Shown here piece after piece: positions 22,908-36,199 of a stretch of 64,000 nucleotides of DNA. The stretch is from assembly GCA_963514005.1 (NCBI GenBank), contig OY740781.1:24490001-24554000 (forward strand), given 5' to 3'. Numbering within the stretch: the first letter of the stretch is position 1; each line of letters begins with the position of its first letter. Origin of the DNA: Raja brachyura. Lineage: Eukaryota. A program made the position numbers and the translations under genes. Below the pieces are notes generated by a model that was not told the DNA's origin, ran no database searches, and was given only the letters and a program-made list of their open reading frames with translations.

Positions 22908-24356
22908 TTCAAGTTCAAGTTCAAGTGAGTTTATTGTCATGTGTCCCTGATAGGATAATGAAATTCTTGCTTTGATTCGATACACAGAACATAGTAGGCA
23001 TTTACTATAAAACAGATCAGTGTGTCCATATATCATTATATAAATACATACACACATGAATAAATAAACTGATAAAGTGCAAATAACAGATAACAGATAA
23101 TGGGTTATTATTGATCATAGTTTTGTCCGAGCCAGGTTTAATAGCCTGATGGCTGTGGGGAAGTAGATATTCCTGAACCTGGTTGTTACAGTCTTCAGGC
23201 TCCTGTACCTTCTACCTGAAGGTAGCAGAGAGATGAGTGTGTAGCCAGGATGGTGTGGGTCCTTGATGATGCTGCCAGCCTTTTTGAGGCAGCGACTGCG
23301 ATAAATCCCCTCGATGGAAGGAAGGTCAGAGCCGATGATGGACTGGGCAGTGTTTACTACTTTTTGAAGTATTTTCCTCTCCAGGGCGCTCAAGTTGCCG
23401 AACCAAGCCACGATGCAACCAGTCAGCAAGCTCTCTACTGTGCACCTGTAGAAGTTAGAGACATTCCTCCTTGACAAACCGACACTCCGTAATCTTCTCA
23501 GGAAGTAGAGGTGCTGATGTGCTTTCTTAATAATTGCATTAGTGTTCTCGGACCAGGAAAGATCTTCAGAGATGTGCACTCCCAGGAATTTGAAGCTCTT
23601 GACCCTTTCAACCATCGACCCATTGATATAAATGGGACTGTGGGTCCCCATCCTACTCCTTCTAAAGTCCACAATCAGTTACTTGGTTTTGCTGGAATTG
23701 AGGGCCAGGTTATTGTGCTGGCACCATATGGACAGTTGCTCGATCTCTCTTCTATACTCTGACTCATCCCCATCAGTGATACATCCCACAACAATGGTGT
23801 TGTCAGCGAACTTGATGATGGAGTTCGCATTGTGACCAGCTATGCAGTCATAAGTATAGAGTGAGTACAGCGTGGGGGCTGAGCACGCAGCCTTGAGGTG
23901 CTCCCGTGCTGATTGTTATCGAGGCTGACACATTTCCACCAGTAGGAACGGACTGTGGTCTGTGAATGAGGAAGTCAAGGATCCAATTGCAGAGGGATGC
24001 GCAGAGACCTAGTTCTGAGAGTTTGGTAACCAGCTTGGAGGGAATGATTGTGTTAATTGCTGAGCTGTAATCGATAAATAACAGCCTGACATATGAGTTT
24101 TTGTTGTCCAAGTGGTCCAGAGCGGGGTGGAGGGCCAGCGAGATCGCATCCACCATTGATCTGTTATGACGGTAAGCGAACTGCAGTGGGTCCAGGTTTT
24201 TGTTGAGGTAGGAGTTGATTTGCTCCATGATCAACCTCTCAAAGCACTTCATCACCACAGGCATTAGTGCCAATGGTTGATAAGTCATTGAGGTACGTCA
24301 CCTTACTCTTCTTGGGCACTGGTATAATTGATGCCCTTCTAAAGCAGGTAGGGACC
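22908..24356 (-). mobile_element. Rex1/Babar LINE, 5'-truncated RT copy
   Basis: ORFs 23848-24288 and 23115-23672 are closely similar to the copy at 175-1338; (CTTGAA)n tail at ~22908-22926. Confidence 0.9.
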
Positions 24357-24479
24357 TTGCATCTTGATCTGCATCTTGAAGGAGAGTATAAAGCACTTTA
24401 CAGAGAGATGCTGAAATCTCCAGGCCTTTTGCATTGCTTTAAAATTTGTCCATTTTGTTTTTAATCTTTGGCATCTCAA

Positions 24480-24826
24480 ACGTGACCAGTCTCACCCCGG
24501 TCACTCCCTCTTCTCTCTTCTCCCTTCTCCCATTAGGCAAGAGGTACAGAGGTTTGAAAATGCACACCTCCAGATTCAGGGACAGTTTCTTCCCAGCTGT
24601 TATCAGGCAACTGAACTGTTCTCTCAGCAGCTGGAATGCTCCTCCCATCTACTGCATTTGAGACCTTTGCACTATGTCTAATCAGACTTTATCTCACACT
24701 AAATGTTGTAACCTTTGTCTGTACACTGTGGAAAGCTTGATTGCAATTATGTAGAATATTTTCGTTGACTGGATAGCACGTAACAAAAAAACTTTCCACT
24801 GTACTTCGGTACACATAAATTAAACT
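24480..24826 (+). mobile_element. Rex1 3' fragment
   Basis: LPLGKRYR..TSRFRDSFFPAVIR followed by the 3' UTR. Confidence 0.75.
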
Positions 24827-25744
24827 ACCTGTTGGAGGGTAAAATAGTCATTTTTAAAAGTTGTGAATTAGCCGTCCAAACAAATGCATAACCCAATTTT
24901 CACCATACATCAGCAATTCATTATATGTTCCATTTGGACTTCGTACATGGAAGTCGATGGAAAGGCAAAAAGAACCATGGATGGCTGATCCAAAACAGCC
25001 AATGTTTTGCTTCAGTCCAGGTTGTATTTTTCTGTCACTATCCCATTCCCCAATCCATCACCTGGACTCTCCTGTAATGAGTGTTTTGCAAATTATTTTG
25101 TTGTCATTTTTGAATCAATGATGTGTCGAATTTAAATATGCTTCTTCAATTTCTATGCCATTCTTCTTCCCTAATTGGTACTCCCCAGTTGTTTGAAATA
25201 CATTGATAGTATTCATTATCTCTTCTTAAGGCCTGAATACGACTGCAGATGTATTTTCCAACAGAACTCCTTTCACTTTATTACACTTATCCAACAGTTA
25301 TTTCCAAAATTTTAATTAAACTGAAGAACATCATATTTTTGCGTTCCTTTAAAAAAAGTTGAAGACGTAACCCACACTAAGGAAGCCTCTAATAGCCATT
25401 TAATTTGAAACAAAAGCAAAATAGTACAAGTGCAAGAAATCTGAAATATAAACAAACTCTGGAAATACTCAGCAGTTCGGGTGGCATTACGGCCGGCAAT
25501 TCTGGCCAACGTTTATTTATCTGAAACATGAACTAAGTTCACCTCTCCACTGAGGCTGTTTGACCTGAATTATTTTGTTTGTCCATTGCAGCAGGTGGTC
25601 TTGACGCTGTTATTTTTGCAGCAGTTAAGGTGTGGGCTAAAGCTGTTTTAACATTCTATAATATGTGCTGATCAAATTCAGTAATGTCACAAGAGCAAAC
25701 TCTAAATATGAACAATACCAAATTTTATTTGTTTCTCTTTGCAG

Positions 25745-25838
25745 AGCTTCAATCAAACGAGTCTCCGAAGCAATGGCCTTTATCGACAAAAGAAAACATG
25801 AAAAGTTTGCAAATCAGTTCAACTATGCATTGCATTAA
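25745..25838 (+). CDS. UVSSA: UVSSA final coding exon
   Basis: Strong acceptor tttgtttctctttgcAG, with phase matching the 3281 donor. Translates (K)ASIKRVSEAMAFIDKRKHEKFANQFNYALH*, matching the UVSSA C-terminus KHEKFSNQFNYALN*. Confidence 0.92.
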
Positions 25839-25949
25839 GGCGGGCAAAAGACGGAGAAAGGTCTCTGTATTGTGACCATGCTGCATTTCAGCTATCAAGT
25901 CTTTTGCAACAGAAATATTTAGCTCCTATCTGCTGTTTTCTATTGATTT

Positions 25950-26090
25950 CAATAGAGCTCTTAGGGATAGCGAAGTTAAGGGATATGGGGAGAAGGCAGG
26001 AACGGGGTACTGATTGAGGATGATCAGCCATGATCACATTGCTGGCTCGAAGGGCCGAATAGCCTACTCCTGCACCTATTGTCTATTGTC
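25950..26090 (+). mobile_element. CR1 3' end in the probable UVSSA 3' UTR
   Basis: CR1 tail ending CCTATTGTCTATTGTC. Confidence 0.8.
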
Positions 26091-26099
26091 AATTTCAGG

Positions 26100-26105
26100 A
26101 ATAAA
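26100..26105 (+). terminator. Candidate UVSSA polyadenylation signal AATAAA
   Basis: First AATAAA I found after the stop codon, followed by T-rich sequence; usage not shown. Confidence 0.4.
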
Positions 26106-26762
26106 AAATTAATCAGTGTACATTATTTTTTGTAAAGTATTTAATTATGTATTTTTTACACCAGGTGCTAAATTTGTACAAAATATAAATGTTTAATGTA
26201 TGTTATGGTAATTGTATGGTAATGGATGGTAATTGTAATTGATGATGTGATGCACAGAACTATGGAGGACTCTATTCATGTCGTTTTATTGAGCAGTTTA
26301 CAAAAGAAAGTGAACTGATTATTAAATCAACTCTGCAATTTAAATCAATTTTAACTTTACTATGACCTGTATTGCTCTTCTTTGTATTTCAATACTTTCA
26401 CCAGTTAATGGTGTTAAATCTGCATGCTTTATTCAGGCTGAAAGTCATCATTTCCCACTTGACAGGTGCAAAATGATCTGAATGTTTTCCTGATTTTAAT
26501 TAGATTAGAGCAGGTAGCTTGTAGTGGAGACCAGCTATGAAGTGCTGTTGCAGAGAGTTGGAAACAGGGTTTGGGAAATGATAGGTTGGAGGTGGGGAGA
26601 GGGAAGGAGGAGATGAGAATGGAGGGGGTGAAGGGTGAAAGGAAGTGGAGCTGAATTGGAACGATGCCAAATACCCAGATTGCCAGAAGATTTGAGGCGC
26701 ATTTGTATTATAACATGTAACAAACAGATACTACAGACACAAGTATAATACTAGTTTTGAAT

Positions 26763-27555
26763 GGGCGGTCACAGTGGCCCAGCGGTAAAATTACTGCCTT
26801 ACAGCGAATGCAGCGCCGGAAACCTGGGTTCGATCCCGTCAATGGGTGCTGTCTGTATGGAGTTTGTACATTCTCCCCATGACCCGTATGTGCTTTCTCC
26901 GTCCCACACTCCAAAGATTAAAGGGCCTGTCCTACCAGCATGCGACTCCATGCGGTGAGCTCGACCTAACGTGGTCGCTTGAGCCGTCCGGCCTCACGGG
27001 GCCGGTCCCATTTTGATCGCCGGAGTTGTGCGGAGCAGGTCCCGACATCGTGCGGGGCTCCGAAAAACTGACCGTGTTCAAAAAGTCCGTGCGGCAACGG
27101 CCTGTCAGCCCGCAGTCGCCTCGACGCATTACGCACCGCCTCGACGTCGTGCCTCCGTGACCCTCTCTATATGTGCCTCCGTGGCCCTCTCTCTGTGTGC
27201 CTCCATGCCCCTCTCTGTGTGTCATTCTCTGTCCTTGCGGACTTCGCGCCGCGTCGCGCCACTCACCCAACCTCCGCGCGGCCCCCGCTGCCGGTTTGGT
27301 CGTGCTCACCGCATGCAGGCGCATGTTGGTGGGATCGGCCCTGTACAGGGATCACTCGACCTCCGCACGTCCCCCGCTTCTAGTTTGGTCGCGCTCACCG
27401 CATGGAGTCGGATGCTGGTGCGACAGGCCCTTTACAGGTTTGTATGCTAATTGGCTTCGTAAATGTAAAAATTGTCCCAAGTGGGATAGTGTTAATGTCG
27501 GCGCGGACTCGGTGGGTTGAAAGGCCTGTTTCCGCGATGTATCTCTAAACGAAAT
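26763..27555 (+). mobile_element. tRNA-derived HE1-like SINE split by a MITE
   Basis: A box and B box (GGTTCGATCCC), central GGGTGCTGTCTGTATGGAGTTTGTAC core and CR1-derived GGCCTGTTTCC tail; collinear with the SINE at 62885-63180. Confidence 0.8.
26922..27431. mobile_element. PIF/Harbinger-type MITE
   Basis: TIR AGGGCCTGTC..ACCAGCAT.CGACTCCATGCGGTGAGC at both ends, flanked by TAA/TTA. Confidence 0.85.
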
Positions 27556-28985
27556 TAAAGACTGGAGAGGAGATTAGGATAGACACAAAAAGGTGGAGTA
27601 GCTCAACGGGTCAGACAGCATCTGTGGAGAAAAGGTGACATTTTGGGTGGAGTCCCTTCAGTTTCTTCCCAGCTGTTATCAGGCAACTGAATCATCCTAC
27701 CACAACCAGAGAGCAGTCCTGAACTACTATCCACCTCATTGGTGACCCTCAGACTATTCTTAATCGAACTTTAATGGCTTTATCTTACATTAGGATGTTG
27801 CAAAAAATAAGAACAATCAATATGGTTTTTAATAGATTGTGAGTTTTTGAGTGATGCTAAAGATATGGAGATCAAGTGGAACCTTGCCACCAAAACAGAA
27901 TATGCTAGCAAATATGGACCTTACTGAAACAAAAAGGAGTGAATGATGCTTCATTCATAAGGAGTATTTTAGGGGGCATTATGTCATGTTTACATAATAT
28001 GGAGTTTGGAATTAAAAGAATAGTTAGAGTTACTTTGCCACTTCAGTGCTCCCAATTTTAAGTTTTTCCCACTGCATGGAATGTACTTTATCCAAATATG
28101 TGCTCCAGCCGGTACAAAATTACTGAAAGCGAAGGCATTGCTAATGCTAGCGACAGCAAGAAAACATTGCAGGATGGGCAAAGTGATGGTAGGTCCAGTT
28201 AAATTTAATAATGCAACAAGCTATAATTATACAAATTAAATTATAGAAATAGAAAGAATCTTATCAAAAAATTGTTGAAAGAGGATAAAGCAAACTGGCT
28301 ATAAGAAGATTTTGAAGTCTTTCACAGGAAAAAAATATTCAAAGCTTGTACGTCTTCATAAGTGCAAAGAACAGTTTGCATCTTGTATGTAAGAATTCAC
28401 ATAAAATATCAAAACAACAGGAAAGGTGTAGTGCGGATTCATTAAAATGTCATTACGGATGGAGAAGTCTTGTGGTTTTGAAATGGTTCTTGCAAAATGA
28501 TGGCTTTACTTTATTAAACTTGCAGGCATTTGGGGTTGACCTGAAAGGTTTTCTTAGGAAATAAAGAAAGTTGTGACGGCATAAATTTAAGTTATTCATG
28601 AATTACTGAAGAAAGAACAATTTCCAGCAGGTGGTCAGAACTACTCTATTAGGATGAATTGTTGCAAGATGTGTAGTTTTTTATTCCAAGAGGAGTAATA
28701 AAGGTGTTTGAGATTTAACGAGTGGGGGTGTGACCTGGAAATAAACAGCAGCACCAGGAATTTGATGAATCAAATTGCCACACAATGCTGTAACCTTTCT
28801 TATCATATATTTTCCAAAAAGTGCTGAACCTCTCATTGACATTAAATGCCAACCTAAACCAAGAGATGGGAATTCTATTGAGATGTATTCATTTTGGAAA
28901 GATTAGCAGTCGCAGTCCTGGCTTAGTTGGTAAGCTGCAAGTAATGAACCAGCTTTTTCTTCCCCCATAAATGGCACCAGTTTAA

Positions 28986-29705
28986 AGGGCCTGTCCCACT
29001 TCGGCGATTTTTCAGCAGACTACCGATGATGTCAAATTCCCGGCAATCGCCTGAAAAACCGGGAACTGGAACAGCGACCGCCAGGGAAAGCGGGGGAGCG
29101 CCTTCTGAAATTCACACGGTGCAAGCCAAGGTGATACAGACACACACCGCGATCAACAGGAATGTTACGACGGCTAGCACAGTGTACGGTAAATCCTTTA
29201 AAAGAGGGGGGAGGGGAGAAGGGGGGAGAAGTGATGGAGAAGCCAGACAACTTTTAATAAGCCAGAGATACACAACCGTGAGGTTTGGCGGGCATTTAAC
29301 ATTACCAGTCGGTTATCCTTGGTTCTGAAAACTCGTGCTTATGTTTTTTTTCCCCAATGAGCCAATGAAAATGCCCGGTCAGCAAAGGCGATAAACTAAA
29401 ACTACGTACGACTACTTAAACTACATGGCGGCCTCACTACAACTGCACCTACGACTACAGGATTATCGACTTTCTCCAGGGCGACCAATTTTTGGTCGCA
29501 GAATATTTTTCAACATGTTGAAAAATTTGCAGCAAACATTCTGAGGTCAGTTCAGACTAGTTCCCAGAACACAGGAACTCCTTGCGACCATGAAGGAGAC
29601 TCACCAGAGACCACCAGCGAACATGTGGCGACCATGTGGTGATCATGAGGCGAACGCAGAGTCTCCTGCACTCGCTTAATAAGTCGCCTAAGTTGGACAG
29701 GCCCT
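28986..29705. mobile_element. PIF/Harbinger-type MITE (720 bp)
   Basis: TIR AGGGCCTGTCCCACTTCGGCGA / TCGCCTAAGTTGGACAGGCCCT, flanked by TAA/TTA. Confidence 0.85.
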
Positions 29706-30540
29706 TTAGGTTATTTGCGTCAAAGCCCTGATTTACATTGCATCATGTTTCTAAAGAGCAAATAAATAATTTGCATATATTGAATTCTCATACTCTCCAA
29801 TGTCACAATAATTTAAATAATATGATCAGAATAATGTTTGAAAAATGTACTCAAGTAATTAGATTAATGATTAATAGTCCTAACTAGTATTTTTACTGAT
29901 TTGTACATACTAGCTCATGATTAACACATTTTTTAATATGCACATTTATTACTAATTATTTAAATGGTGTGTATGAATATCTTGTAAATTTTATCTGCAC
30001 CTATTGCTAAATGTAATTTAAGAGAATATAGCAACTGGGGTGTAGTGAATGTTTCTGTTGACTTATTGACTGAATAAAATGCTTTCCTCGTAGACTAGAC
30101 CTGATTTTAATCACCATGCTTAACACATTTGTTCTGAAGGATTAGCATCTAGAACTCATTCTTATGCATGTAACAAGATCAAAGTGGATAACATAGGGTA
30201 AAGTGGATTAAACATTTGATCCTTCTGTCAAATGTGAAATGTAAGACCTGGTCCAGATGCTAAACTTCTCACCCCTGCATTGACCCTGACATCACAACGA
30301 GTGTTTTCTGCTCCACATGATCCTAAACCTCAGCTCTTTGTGACACCTTAACCACTGCTCAGATTTTAAGATAAGATTCTTTGGAAAATGAATGATCATT
30401 TAAACAGTAATGAATTGCATACTTAGATCATACATTTGGAAACATGCCCTTCGGTCCACTTATCCATTCCAACCAAGTTGCCCTTCTAAGCTCGTCCCAT
30501 TTGTCTGTATTTGGCCTATATCCCTCTAGACACTTCCTAT

Positions 30541-31605
30541 CATAGACATAGAAACATAGAAAATAGGTGCAGGAGTAGGCCATTCGGCCCCTCGAGCCTG
30601 CACCGCCATTCAATATGATCATGGCTGATCATCCGACTCAGTATCCCTTACCTGCCTTCCCTCCATTCCCCTGATCCCTTTAGCCACAAGGGCCACATCT
30701 AACTCCCTCTTAAATATAGCCAATGAACTGGCCTCAACTACATTTTGTGGCAGAGAATTCCAGAGATTCACCACTCTCTGTGTGAAAAATGTTTTTCTCA
30801 TCTCGGTCCTAAAAGATTTCCCCCTTATCCTTAAACTGTGACCCCTTGTCCTGGACTTCCCCAACATCGGGAACAATCTTCCTGCATCTAGCCTGTCCAA
30901 CCCCTTAAGAATTTTGTAAGTTTCTATAAGATCCCCCCTCAATCTTCTAAATTCTAGCGAGTACAAGCCAAGTCTATCCAGTCTTTCTTCATATGAAAGT
31001 CCTGATACCCAGGAATCAGTCTGGTGAACCTCTGTACTCCCTCTATGGCAAGAATGTCTTTCCTTAGATTTGGAGACCAAAACTGTATGCAATACTCCAG
31101 GTGTGGTCTCACCAAGACCCTGTACAACTGCAGTAGAACCTCCCTGCTCCTATACTCAAATCCTTTTGCTATGAATGCTAACATACCATTCGCTTTCTTC
31201 ACTGCCTGCTGCACCTGCATGCCTACTTTCAATGACTGGTGTACCATGACACCCAGGTCACGTTGCATATCCCCTTTTCCTAATCGGCCACCATTCAAAT
31301 AATAATCTACTTTCCTGTTTTTTGCCACCAAAGTGGATAACCTCACATTTATCCACATTATACTGCATCTGCCATGCATTTGCCCACTCACCCAGCCTAT
31401 CCAAGTCACCTTGCAGCCTCCTAGCATCCTCCTCACAGCTAACACTGCCCCCCAGCTTTGTGTCATCCACAAACTTGGAGATGTTGCATTCAATTCCCTC
31501 GCCCAAATCATTAATATATATTGTAAATAGCTGGGGTCTCAGCACTGAGCCTTGCGGCACCCCACTAGTCACTGCCTGCCATCCTGAAAAGGACCCGTTC
31601 ACTCC
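30541..31605 (-). mobile_element. Young CR1 LINE, 5'-truncated, inserted in an older CR1
   Basis: SGVPQGSVL..INDL..KFVDDTKLGG, LVRPHLEYC, RRLRGDLIETYKI, FFTQRVVNLWNSLP; (ATAGAAAC)n tail on the + strand. Confidence 0.92.
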
Positions 31606-32013
31606 TAATCTTTGCTACTCTACCCATGTACCTGCCCAAGTGTTTGTTTTAAATGTTCTAGAGTCTGCCTCAACTACTTCCTCTGATAACACGTTCCCTA
31701 TACCTACTACCCTCTGAGTGGAAAAGTTGCCCCTCAGGTTCCTATTAAATCTTGTACCTCTCAACTTAAACCTGTGTCCTCTGGCTTTTCATTCTCCTAC
31801 CCTGGTAAAAGACTCATGGTCAGGGAATAAAATTCACCCCGTCTATTTCCCTCATGATTTTATACTCAAAGGTAACCCCTCAGCCTCCTGCACCACTAGA
31901 AATAAAATTGCAGCATGCCCAAAGTCTTCCTATTGCTCAGTGTTTCTTGTCCTAGCAACATCCTCGTAAATCCTTGTACTCTTTTCAGCTAAATGACATC
32001 CATCCTGTAGCAA

Positions 32014-32500
32014 CATAGAAAACAGGTGCAGGAGGAGGCCATTTGGCCCATCGAGTCAGCACCGCCATTCATTGTGATCGTCCCCAATCAATAACCCGTG
32101 CCTGCCTTCTCCCCATATCCCTTGATTCCACTAGCCCCTAGAGGTATATCTAACTCTCTCTTAAATCCATCCAGTGATTTTGCCTCCACTGCCCTCTGTG
32201 CCAAGGAATTCCACAAATTCACAACTCTCTGGGTGAAAAAGTTTTTTCTCACCTCAGTCTTAAATGGCCTCCCCTTTATTCTAAGACTGTGGCCCCTGGT
32301 TCTGGACTCGCCCAACATTCGGAACATTTTTCCTGCATCCAGCTTGTCCAGTCCTTTTATAATTTTATATGTTTCTATAAGATTGCCCCTCATCCTTCTA
32401 AACTCCAGTGAATACAAGCCTAGTGTTTTCAATCTTTCCTCATATGACAGTCCCGCCATCCCAGGGATCAATATCGTGAACCTATACTGCACTGCCTCAT
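32014..32500 (-). mobile_element. CR1 LINE 3' fragment
   Basis: ORF 32088-32522: LYSLEFRRMRGNLIETYKI..FFTQRVVNLWNSL. Confidence 0.9.
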
Positions 32501-32940
32501 TAAAAGTGAACACAGTATCCAAAATTTGGTCTCACAAACATCTTGTCCCAATTTCTATACTCAATACCCTAAGAGTGACAGTAATAAACTGAACTAAAAA
32601 AGCATCCTGGTAAACCTTTTCTGTTTTTCTTTCAGCTAATCTAACAATCATAATGGGGTGGTAAGTGGTGGCGGGGGGGGGGGGGGGGGGGGGGGGAATT
32701 TCAAGAATTAGACCCAATGATAATAGTAAGATTAAACGAGAATTTACCAGTTTGAAGTTCGATCTTTATTTTATGAGGAGTTACGATGAGGGATTACGTG
32801 AAGAACCCCTTACAGCCGTTGGTGCGTCAATCTTCAAAGCAGCGGAGTAAAATCACAGGTAATAATGACTGAAGTATAATAGTAAGATAACAGAGACTAG
32901 CACTACCAGATTACATTTATGAGGGTTGGGAGCGGAGGGC

Positions 32941-33050
32941 ACGTAATCCCTCATTGTAACTCCTCATAAAATAAAGATCAAACTTCAAACTGGTAAGCTC
33001 ATTTAATCTTACTATTTTACTTCGGAGTCACGTGAGTGACTACGTGAAGA
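32941..33050. repeat. DIRS internal complementary region (ICR)
   Basis: 32941-~33014 is the reverse complement of 32724-32799, and ~33015-33050 is the reverse complement of 37480-37515. Confidence 0.9.
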
Positions 33051-33208
33051 TTTCAAAGCTCTGTGATTTCATGCCGCAGACCCAAATCCGGCGTTCACAC
33101 TGCATTGATTGACTCAAAAAGTCGTTAATAATCAATAATGCATCAATCATAACATTGGTAAATGAATAACGGTTTATTTACAAACGAAACAATAACAACC
33201 CCTCTAAC

Positions 33209-34211
33209 TCAGGGGGAAACTATAACGGAACTCAAAACAGAATCAGCAAACACGCCCAGCCTTGTAATCAGCTTATGATAAAAATTTTGGAAGGTCAGCT
33301 CACTGCGGCCACGAGGATATCCTGCGGCCACGAGGATATGGTCTATAGGCACGTCCATTGCCCTTGTCGCGGACGTTGATGCCGCCCTGGTGGAATGAGA
33401 TTTGAATTTATCAGTATCAATCCCAGCACTTCCCAGAACCTGCTTTAGGCACCTTGAAATTGTTTGCACCGACACCTTACGGTGTGGTTTTTTGTGGCTA
33501 ATAAATAATCTAGACTCTGTTCCTCGTAGGGCTCTGGTGGCCTCAATGTAACGAGACAAATGTGATACTACACACAGGCGAGCATCTGTGGGGTATGCTG
33601 AAAACATAATCTTTACACCCTGTCATGCCTATTCTACTACGTTTGAGCAAATCAAAGACATAAAAAGTAATGGCATCTGCCGATACCTGCATTCTGTCTA
33701 GCCGTAGCTTTTGCAATGTTTGCACACGTTGGGCTGATACCAACGCCATAAGCATGACCACCTTCATGGTTAGTTCGGCTAGAGATAGGCTTGCAACAGG
33801 AGCCCACTGGCGAAGAAGCATAAGAACTTCACTCACATTCCAAATACCGAAATACCTGGGTTTAGGAGGATTAGAATTGAAAACTCCCTTCATAAATCGA
33901 GAAACTAACGGATGTGTCCCTACTGAATGTAACTATGAACTCATGGGTAAATAAGAAGACAGAGCACTTCTGGCTGTATTGATCGCACTATAGCTTATTT
34001 TTTGATCAAAATAAAGATTGGACAAGAGCTCCAGTACGTCTGGAATGCCTGCAGTTTGATATGAAATATTCTGCTGTAGACAGAATACCTCCCACTTCCT
34101 TATCGAGGTGATGTACTGCTTCTGAGTACTATCCCTGCAGGCCGACGTGAGAACATCCACGGTACGATCAGACAGTTCTCTCACCAGGTATGGCCTCCTT
34201 AAAATCTGCAA
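33209..34211 (-). pseudogene. DIRS tyrosine recombinase, in three frameshifted pieces
   Basis: STQKQY..WEVFC and ARSALS (SAM-like N-terminus), LVSAQRVQTL (catalytic R), HSTRAAS (HxxR), TFQNFY (catalytic Y). Confidence 0.9.
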
Positions 34212-35990
34212 ATTAACAGATCAATATGATCATGTAAAGGATGTTGATCGCCAGTTACTGGATTTACCAGTAGATTTTTATGTTTGGGAATAATCACGTG
34301 AGGCTGACTAGCCATTTGCAATACGAGAGGGAACCATGGTTGTGTAGGCCAATCTGGCATGACCAATACTCCTGAAGCGGAGTCCTGCTTGATCTTCTGC
34401 AAGCATCTACTGATGAGACAGAATGGACGAAATGCATAAACAAACATTCCACCCCAATGCAGCGAGAATGCATCCACCGCTGCTGCACCAGGATCTGGTT
34501 CCCATGAAACATATCTGGGCAACTGATGGTTTATTCTAGATGCAAACAAATCAATATTGGGCATTTCATACTGAGCAACCACTTGATTAAATATGTCCTG
34601 ATTTAACATCCATTCTATGTTATCATTGAATTGGCGTGACCTAATGTCAGCTACTGTGTTGAATGTACCTGGTAAATATATTGCTGAAAGCCAGATATTT
34701 TGGTCAATGCACCAGCTCCAGATCTGATTAGCCAGTCTATCACAAAACTGTGACTTGACTCCACCAATGTGGTTTACATATGCCACTGCTGTAATGTTGT
34801 CAAACTGAACCTGCACATGCAAGTCACTCCTGGCAGAGCAATAAGCTTTACGCCCATACCAGGTTCCCAACAGCACTAAATAATTGACCCCTCTTAATTG
34901 AAGAAGGGATGTCTCACCAGTATTCCATCTGCCTCCACAACTGGAAGACATATCTGTAGCACCCCAACCCAGTGCACTGACATCCGTCTGTAATATTATG
35001 GAAGGTGGTTCCACTAAAACCTCCCTAGAGCTTTTAGAAACATTTATGATCCACCATTGAATGTCTGAAATTGCCCCAGCTGACAATTGCAAAGGCCTAT
35101 CAAAATGACCCGCTTGTGTCCTCAGTGTCTGTTCTTTTGCTCGTTGTAATTGTTGATTATGCAGAGGTCCATACTGCACAGCTGGAAAAGCAGCCACCAA
35201 TTTAACAATTAAACTGGCTACTTGTCTAATTGAAGGTTGTTGTTTACTAAGGAGATTAACACAATCCTCAATTAACTGCTGCCATTTGTCCCTAGGCAAA
35301 GTTACTAACATGTGATTTGAATTAATGGTAAAGCCCAAATAATCAATGATTTGGACTGGTGATAATTTGGATTTATCTGGAGGAATGACGAACCCTAATT
35401 GTTCAAAAGTGAGTTTAACAATTGAAACAGATGATTCAGCTACAGCCCGAGTCTTCCCAACAATTAAAATATAATCTAAGTAGGCCATTACTACCTGCCC
35501 CTGAGCTCGGAGTAATCCTAGAACAGGCTTTAACAATTTAGTAAATAATCTAGGAGCTGAAGTTAACCCATTCGGCAATGCTTTGAATTGCCACAACTGA
35601 CTCATCCAGCTACATTTTAAATACCTCCTATCATCACCATGAATAGACACTGAGTAATATGCATCCTTTAAATCAATGCTGGCCATATAACACCCTTTAG
35701 AAACCAGATGTTTAGCCGTAGAAAAAGTTTCCATTTTGAAATGCCTTTAACAAACAAAGGAGTTCAAACTTGTCAGGTCCAGAATGATTCTACATCCCCC
35801 AGTCTTTTTAGACCTAGGAAAAATACTTGACACAAACTGACGATTTTGACGAACTGACTTCTCAATAACCCCTTTCTTGTGTAATGTGTTAAGTTCTGCT
35901 TGTATGAGCACATTCCCGTATTCTGAAAATATAAGTTCCCAACTTGGAACATGCTGATTAGGTGGACACACAGTAGAGTAAAATTCACTT
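34199..35990 (-). pseudogene. DIRS pol: RT + RNase H + adenine-methyltransferase-like domain
   Basis: RIILDL, SIDLKDAYY, LPNGLTSAPRLFTK and AYLDYILI (YxDD altered) for RT; TDVS..GWGA, DNITAVAYVN and NTVADIRSR for RNase H; IDLFAS..DAF..YAFRPF..PDWPTQPWF for MT. 511 aa are open; the N-terminus is frameshifted. Confidence 0.92.
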
Positions 35991-36199
35991 ATAACCCCCT
36001 CTATACTGCTAAGTATAAATTAATCTGGTGTTACCTCCTGCTATTGTTTGAAAAACAAGTGTAATCTGCCCCCAATTTGAACCTATTTCAACCAATTTGA
36101 ACCAATTGTGAATCTATTTCACTTGATTCATTCTCCTTAACAGGATTTTTTCTCATCTGCATACGTCCTGGTTGCCCTTGTTGCCCCCAGCCCTTTGTT

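Noticed and set aside
27790-28810. Purine-rich stretch resembling decayed coding sequence
   Set aside because: Frequent stops and no motif I can assign; needs a BLASTx search.
32673-32696. Poly-G run next to the DIRS end
   Set aside because: Outside the AAT-defined terminus; simple homopolymer whose length may be unreliable.
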